This document shows positions 57,301 through 64,000 of a DNA stretch of 64,000 nucleotides, piece by piece. This DNA is from Eledone cirrhosa. Lineage: Eukaryota. The stretch covers positions 32,798,001 through 32,862,000 of the forward strand of contig OZ024755.1 in the NCBI GenBank assembly GCA_964016885.1. Direction: 5' to 3'. The stretch's first letter is position 1. The number at the start of each line of letters is the position of its first letter. The notes under the pieces were generated by a model. It saw nothing but the letters and a program-made list of their open reading frames with translations, was not told where the DNA came from and ran no database searches. The position numbers were made by a program, and so were the translations under genes.

Positions 57301-58079
57301 ATGATATATAATGGACAGAACTGACGAACAAACACGGGTTCCAAAAATTAAGATTAATGAATCGAAACTATGAAAAGATATTACAGACATAATCAAGATA
57401 GTAAATAGCTTCCGTGTGGGATGCAAAAAAAAAAAGTAATAGAAAAAAGAAAAAAAAAAGAAAGAAAAGAAAACAAAGGAAAAAAAGAAAGAAAAACAAA
57501 GGAAAAAAGAAAGAAAACAAAACAAAGTTAAAAAAGAAAACAAAGAAAAAAGAACGACAAAAAAAGAACAACAAAAAAAAATACTTTCATTATTGATAGG
57601 TAATGGCAGTAGAAATATTTCATTAGGGAAACGTGATGGGAAAATTAAAAGAAAACTTTATCCGTTTTTTAAACACTTCAATGATTAAAGGTGAAGATTA
57701 AATTTGCGAATAATTAATAGAGGTAACAGAAATGAAAACTACGACGAGGGAGTTGGATATCATAAGGAATTTTGGGTTAAAATGTAGGGCTCGTCACAAT
57801 TTACTATCTTGATAATATCTTCTTATATTCTTCCAAACTTAGGATTCATGATATTCATGAAAGTCAGTTCTCGGCCCCTATTTTGCTGATACTATTGAGA
57901 GGTAGTGAGCGACGGGAGATATTTACGATTCCGTGAATATGCAGTGGTTTCCACGGACAATTATTAGTTAGGTTTTAATGAAAATTCCGCAAATAACCGC
58001 GGCAACACTATATACAATGTTACATACAACTATATAATGTAAATATGAACGTAAAATACACATTTGTATTTATAATATT

Positions 58080-58115
58080 ATTTAATACCCGAGCAACGGC
58101 GGGTACCTCTGCTAG
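58080..58115 (+). mobile_element. Helitron 3' terminus
   Basis: acccg-agcaacgg-cgggt hairpin then CTAG|T at 58112-58116; 5' end not located. Confidence 0.65.
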
Positions 58116-58392
58116 TATAATGTAAATATGAACGTAAAATACACATTTGTATTTATAATATAACTGCATACAAACGGAGACACACAGGCAAAGGTAAACA
58201 TACACAGGCAAACATACAAACATACACACACACACACACACACAGTAACTATATGCTGTTATAATAGAAGACGTACCTAGGATATTTAGACTGTAACTAT
58301 ATCTGTTTATATTGTATGTTCTTATCTTGTCTTGTCACTTTGTTTATCCCCATGTAGCTATCCTATATATTTTGGTTAACCAATAGGTAACC

Positions 58393-58447
58393 GTCCTGTC
58401 CCATAAGTCGAAACCACTGTAATCTCTAGAGGACAGCTGAAGATAGG
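58393..58447 (+). ncRNA. atypical hammerhead candidate (GAAA nested in loop I)
   Basis: GTC-ctgtcc-cataagtc-GAAAccactgta..-ggacag-CTGAAGA-tagg. Confidence 0.45.
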
Positions 58448-58600
58448 TTGTTTATGTTTCTCTTTCTAGTGTCTCATATATTTTCATTGTCTATTCTGCT
58501 TAGTTTGTTATAACTTGGACACTAACACACACACACACACGCATATATATATACTTAAATACACACACATACAAATATATATATATATATACACACACAT

Positions 58601-58636
<36 letters not shown>

Positions 58637-59459
58637 ACACACATACATATATATATATACATATACATAAATACATACATACATACATATATATATACAT
58701 GTACATAAATACATACATACATATATATATACATATACATACATAAATACATACATATGTATATATAAATATATATATATATACACATACATAAATACAT
58801 ATATATATATATAAATAGCACATACATAAATACATACATATATATATATATGCATATATAAATACATACTTACATACATATATATATATACACATCCATA
58901 TATATACACACACACATATATATACACACACATACATATATATATACACACATACACACACAAACACATATATATATATACATACATACAAACATACATA
59001 CATAAATCCACTCATATATACATACACATATATATATATATATACATACATAGAAAGACCACTGTATGATTTGTACTGTAGCTCGTGAACAATAGTCTCG
59101 TTGGTTACAGGTTTCCAATCAATCACTCAATCGAACGATCAATGGTTCACTGCGTTTCTGACAGTGAAGGTGACAAGCCAGTGAGTAACCTGCTACAGAG
59201 AACTAACATAACAGTCTCTCTCTCTCTCTCTCTCTCTCCTATCTCTCTCTCTCACCCTCTCTCCTATATCCGATAGATGAGCTTAAAGCTGTGCTAGAAG
59301 ACAATTGTACCCCACTAAAAGTAACACCGGTGTTGTGCAGCCAGCTTCTTGACCACATAATCATCGGGCCATGATATTATGTGTGTGTCTGTGTGTGTGT
59401 GCATATACATACACACACAGACACACACAATATATATTTATATATATATATCTATCTAT

Positions 59460-59718
59460 CTAAGGCGGGTAAAATTCCCGAGATCCATGGACGAGTTCTC
59501 TCCAGCGGTCTCTGTCCCTCATTATCGCTGCCATGTCCTGCATCTCCAACAGACCAGTGTCTGTCCTTAGGGCATCAACATACGTTAACCTTGGTCTTCC
59601 TCTTCTAGTGTGTCCATGTAGGGGCTCCCACAGGAGCACTGAGTGCAATGTCAACTCTGGATGTCGGTGAGCATGTCCAGCCAACCTCAGTCTCCTCTGT
59701 GTCACTTTTGAGCTGACT

Positions 59719-59720
<2 letters not shown>
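59460..59720 (-). mobile_element. RTE-clade LINE 3' end
   Basis: RRLRLAGHAHRHPE..LLWEP.HG..RRGRPRLTYVD.L..DTG..MRDRDRWR. Confidence 0.85.
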
Positions 59721-59750
<30 letters not shown>

Positions 59751-59824
59751 GATATTAAACAAATGGAAACTATATTTATAAAACCATATTTATTTCATTA
59801 TACATATTTCGGGGATACCATATT

Positions 59825-59876
<52 letters not shown>

Positions 59877-59910
59877 AGAATATTTTCGAAACAGCGAGTG
59901 GATTTGAAAT

Positions 59911-60125
59911 TATTAGAAATGTTAGCTATCGCCGTATTTTGACTAAAGAAATTAAAGAAATTATTTAGCCTGACAGTGAGGTTAAGAACCCTCGGAGAAA
60001 TGGAAAAAGATGAGTATTGACGTACATCTTTTTCCATTTCTCCGAGGGTTCTTAACCCCACTATCAGGCTAAATAATTTCTTTAATTTCTTTAGTCAAAA
60101 TACGGCGATAGCTAACATTTCTAAT
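59911..60125. other. about 100-bp-arm foldback in a (TA)n-flanked module
   Basis: 59911-60011 is the near-perfect reverse complement of 60025-60125. Confidence 0.9.
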
Positions 60126-60349
60126 ATATATATATATATATATAGAAAGGATAAAAAGGACGATTGATTATTCCTTCATTGCATTTATTGATAGGTGACG
60201 TGCGTTTCGTCACTGATCAGCTCAAGGTTCGATCTATATCGATCCTACCCGACTCAATAATCCGCAGCTCGACGGACCTTCCTACAATGCTATAAGAAAA
60301 TCGAGTGCTCACCCGGGTGAACCTGCAGTAACTCCTAGTTACACCCCCT

Positions 60350-60387
<38 letters not shown>

Positions 60388-60541
60388 GAAAAGTATAGAA
60401 ATTATTATGAGCAAGAAGCACACAGTATTTCATAATATATAATTGTTTCTACTTTTGGCACAAGGCCAGCAATTACTCAGTACATTATAATATATAATAT
60501 ATAAGTGACTATAGCGTCAAAATGGGAAAATAGTTAACGTA

Positions 60542-60578
<37 letters not shown>

Positions 60579-60846
60579 AGTGGAAGCTTAGGAAAATCGA
60601 AGCTTTGGTTGTGGCCAAGCAAAGTCGACCTACAATAGAAATGAGTTAGCAAAGCACTCAATAAGGGTAGGTCCTTAGAGTAATAACATACGTTTAAATA
60701 GCTTGACAAATTGAACAAAACCCAACCACACAATACCAAAGTAACGAAAGAACTAACAGGTTAAATATATAAATATACTGAAGTAAAAGTTAAGTGGAAA
60801 TATCCACGAGTAAGAGTACTCAGTCCAAAGGACGAGTTTAGTATAA

Positions 60847-61037
60847 ATAATTACAACAGTGACATAAAGAGGTACTCAAGTTTCGTTGGGTTCTGGGCCC
60901 CAATTTCTTCAGCCTATCATGAGAAAAATGGAAAACCCAGGCCCATCTTGATTTTACATTTTTCTCATGACAGGCTGAAGAAATTGGGGCCCAGAATCCA
61001 ACGAAACTTGAGTAACTGTATGTCACTGTTGTAATTA
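60847..61037. ncRNA. inverted pair of type I hammerheads (60870-60915 minus, 60970-61019 plus)
   Basis: acagg-CTGAAGA-aattgg..ccaac-GAAA-cttgag-TA-actgt and its inverted copy. Confidence 0.7.
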
Positions 61038-61092
61038 TATATACATATATTAATTCAAAATATTAAGAAAATAGATATTCTTGTGATCAAGT

Positions 61093-61160
61093 ATATTTTA
61101 TTTTACATATTTCAGAGGTACTGTGTTAACTTCAACACTACGTCCTCATCAGATAGAATA
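61093..61160 (-). ncRNA. degenerate hammerhead (UH changed to AA)
   Basis: tattctat-CTGATGA-ggacgtagtgtt..aacacagtacctct-GAAA-tatgta-AA-ataaaata. Confidence 0.55.
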
Positions 61161-61216
61161 AGATGATGCATGACATACCCTGACATTGATTTATTCATTG
61201 AACCTTGTTTAACTTT

Positions 61217-61253
<37 letters not shown>

Positions 61254-61406
61254 GTACGTTCCGAAGAGATTGCTTTGGTAAAAACAGGAGAAAGTTCCCA
61301 ACAATTCCGACATTTGTAGTTTGTAGTTATGATGGAGATTCAGTATAAAAATCACATAAATAAAGATGCTTAAACGATTTATGTAACATCAGCATCTTTA
61401 TTTATG

Positions 61407-61442
<36 letters not shown>

Positions 61443-61653
61443 AATATAGATGAGATTCTACAGGACTAGAACTGTTTCATTCTTAAGAAATCATATATAT
61501 ATATATATATATATAAGGAGTTGACGGACCCAGCATATTTATCAATGCCAGGACCGGTTGTATCTCAGAGTACTCAATAGGTAATGTAGGATACAGTCCC
61601 AGAGTATACACACAGTTATTCCCTTCAATACGACACACGTAAACGGGTGCCTA

Positions 61654-61688
<35 letters not shown>

Positions 61689-62027
61689 CATACACACACA
61701 CTCAAGCATATATCAGGTAGGGTGATGTCAATAAAATATCTATCAGTGAAATGCTGGAGTCGATTAATGTAACTACATACCTCAATGAAAATATGTGGCT
61801 TTTTATTAAAGTTTAGAAAATCGATATCTCGACTTTGTTTATTTATGGGTTTCTATATAGACACGTGTGCTTTATAACTATATAAGCTGGCCTCGTGCCG
61901 TCAAAAATGACGGTTAATTGTAATATGTATACATAATATAAAAAAGAGATGTTTGTTTGTTTGTAGGTTGGTTGGTTGGTTCCTTCTCGCTCACTCACAC
62001 AGGTGATACAAACATGCAAACCTTTCT

Positions 62028-62412
62028 AAGTCGACCTCATCACCCCTTACTTCCTAAGTCGACGTTATCACCCTTTCTTTTCTAAGTCGACGTCATCACC
62101 CCTTACTTTCTGAGTCGACGTCATCCCCCTTTCCTTCCTCAGTCGACCCTATCACACCTTCCTTCCTCAGTTGACGTTATCACCCTTTCCTTCCTCAGTC
62201 GACGTTATCACCCCTTCCTTCCCCAGTCGACGTTATCACCCTTTCCTTCCTCAGTCGACGTTATCACCCTTCCTTCCCCAGTCGACGTTATCACCCCTTC
62301 CTTCCCCAGTCGACGTTATCACCCTTTCCTTCCTCAGTCGACGTTATCACCCTTCCTTCCCCAGTCGACGTTATCACCCCTTCCTTCCTCAGTCGACGTT
62401 ATCAACCCTTCC
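62028..62412 (+). repeat. about 28-29-bp minisatellite agtcgacgttatcacccYttccttcctc
   Basis: direct inspection. Confidence 0.92.
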
Positions 62413-62755
62413 ATTGTCAGTCATCTCTTGTGACGGACAAAAAACACAAGGGTATCATATATTAGTAGATTGCATTCGTTTGTAACTCGCAGTACTTTCA
62501 GGACCGCTTCGTAGTTGTTAAATAAAAGAGCCATCTGCTATCAAGAACGCACTGGGGATCCAGCCGGATCAGATGGAGATGGTTGCTTCTGACGGGACCG
62601 GCTGGAAGTATCTAGTGTTTGAGTGCTCTACCACCACCACGGCCATCTCAAGAAGAAAAAGAACCTTGTTGCACACTGTGTCCCTGAGACTTGTGTTTGT
62701 AGAATGCTCTGCCACTTGCACGTTAATTTCTTATGTAGGTTCTTCTGTTGTTTAA

Positions 62756-62872
<117 letters not shown>

Positions 62873-63222
62873 TATTGAAGTTTGCTTGAAGCATTGTGGA
62901 ATAATAAGTAAATATCTTTAAGTCGTTGGGAAGCCTCGACAATGCAAATGGGTAAATCTCCGGGTAACAAGGTCCGGTGGTGGAGAGAGAGATGTAAGTG
63001 GGTGTACGTTGAGATGCGTGGTGTGTGTAAGATGTGTAGAATGAAGGGAAGAGTATAAAGGATAAAATTAAAATAACAACACAAGAGAGAGTTACCTTGG
63101 GAGAGATTTAATAGTCCCTATATATTTCGGATTCACCTCCATCAACTGGGGTTTTTTTCCGGGGTGGGGGAAAAGGTTGTCTGTCGGACAGGTGCGAAAC
63201 GCGTCCTCCGCTGTTTGTTGTT

Positions 63223-63282
<60 letters not shown>

Positions 63283-63792
63283 CTTTAAGAGTGAGTCACT
63301 GAGCAATATGCATTCTTTTTGTGGGGGCCCCGAAGGCAGCAAACTGAAGGGCTACCCCAGGCGACACACACTCTAGCTACGTCACTACACCTCGCTCTAT
63401 ATCAACATTTAACGACTGATCATATCCCGTCAATTGCTTTAGTATAAATTTCAGCATTAAAAAGGTTTTTCCGATTTTCTCATATTCCACTTTACTCAAC
63501 CATTCAGTGAAATGAACAAATTCTGTCCCATTGTTAGAAACAAAACATTACAGAACTGGAAACCGTGAGAATACCTGTATGAAAGCACCTTTCGCTGTTT
63601 CTGATGAGGGGCTCTCACTTTAATAGGTCTCAATCCATTTCCTGTGGGCATTAATAACGATCAACAACGGACCAGTACGTGGAATGTTTGCGCGATTATA
63701 TTGTAAATACTTTGTTCATAAAACGTTTTAAACCAGGATTCTCAAACTCAAAACCTCAAAAGGACCATTAAACCTCGGAGGAGAGACACAGC

Positions 63793-64000
63793 CAGTGCCG
63801 GATTTAGAACAAATGAGGCCCTGTGCTAGTTACGTTATGAAGCCCTGTTCTAGTTACGTTATGAAGCCCTGTTCTACTTAAGTTATGAAGCCCTGTTCTA
63901 GTTACGTTATGAGGCCCTGTGATAGTTAAGTTATGAGGCCCTGTTCTAGTTAAGTTATGAGGCCCTGTTCTAGTTAAGTTATGAAGCCCTGTTCTAGTTA
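63793..64000 (+). repeat. 24-bp minisatellite growing from a transposon-like end (cagtgccggatttag)
   Basis: unit tagttaMgttatgaRgccctgttc; unamplified relative at 9592-9635; runs off the window. Confidence 0.85.

Noticed and set aside
60190-60225. CTGATCA-gtgac-GAAA-cgcacg-TC on minus strand, plus similar hits at 39590, 40160 and 63601
   Set aside because: Core mutated or stems not satisfiable; possibly decayed hammerheads but not supportable individually

Overview
AT-rich, repeat-saturated eukaryotic intronic or intergenic DNA. The SINE families and extreme (TA)n/(CA)n/(GGT)n density suggest an octopod cephalopod; this is an inference from recalled repeat families, not a database result. 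No intact protein-coding gene is recognisable, and most long ORFs in the track are microsatellite translations. The window contains at least three SINE families, decayed non-LTR retrotransposons of four clades (R4/Dong-like RT-RLE, Tx1-like, CRE-like, RTE), a Penelope-like GIY-YIG endonuclease remnant, Helitron and MITE remnants, and about ten minisatellites, several seeded from TE fragments. The strongest unexplained signal is a set of short modules embedded in (TA)n tracts. These carry hammerhead-ribozyme cores (CUGANGA...GAAA...UH) with family-specific covarying stems and very often fold back into near-perfect palindromes. Three unrelated families also share an atypical layout: a GAAA box nested in loop I, starting exactly 27 nt before CUGANGA.
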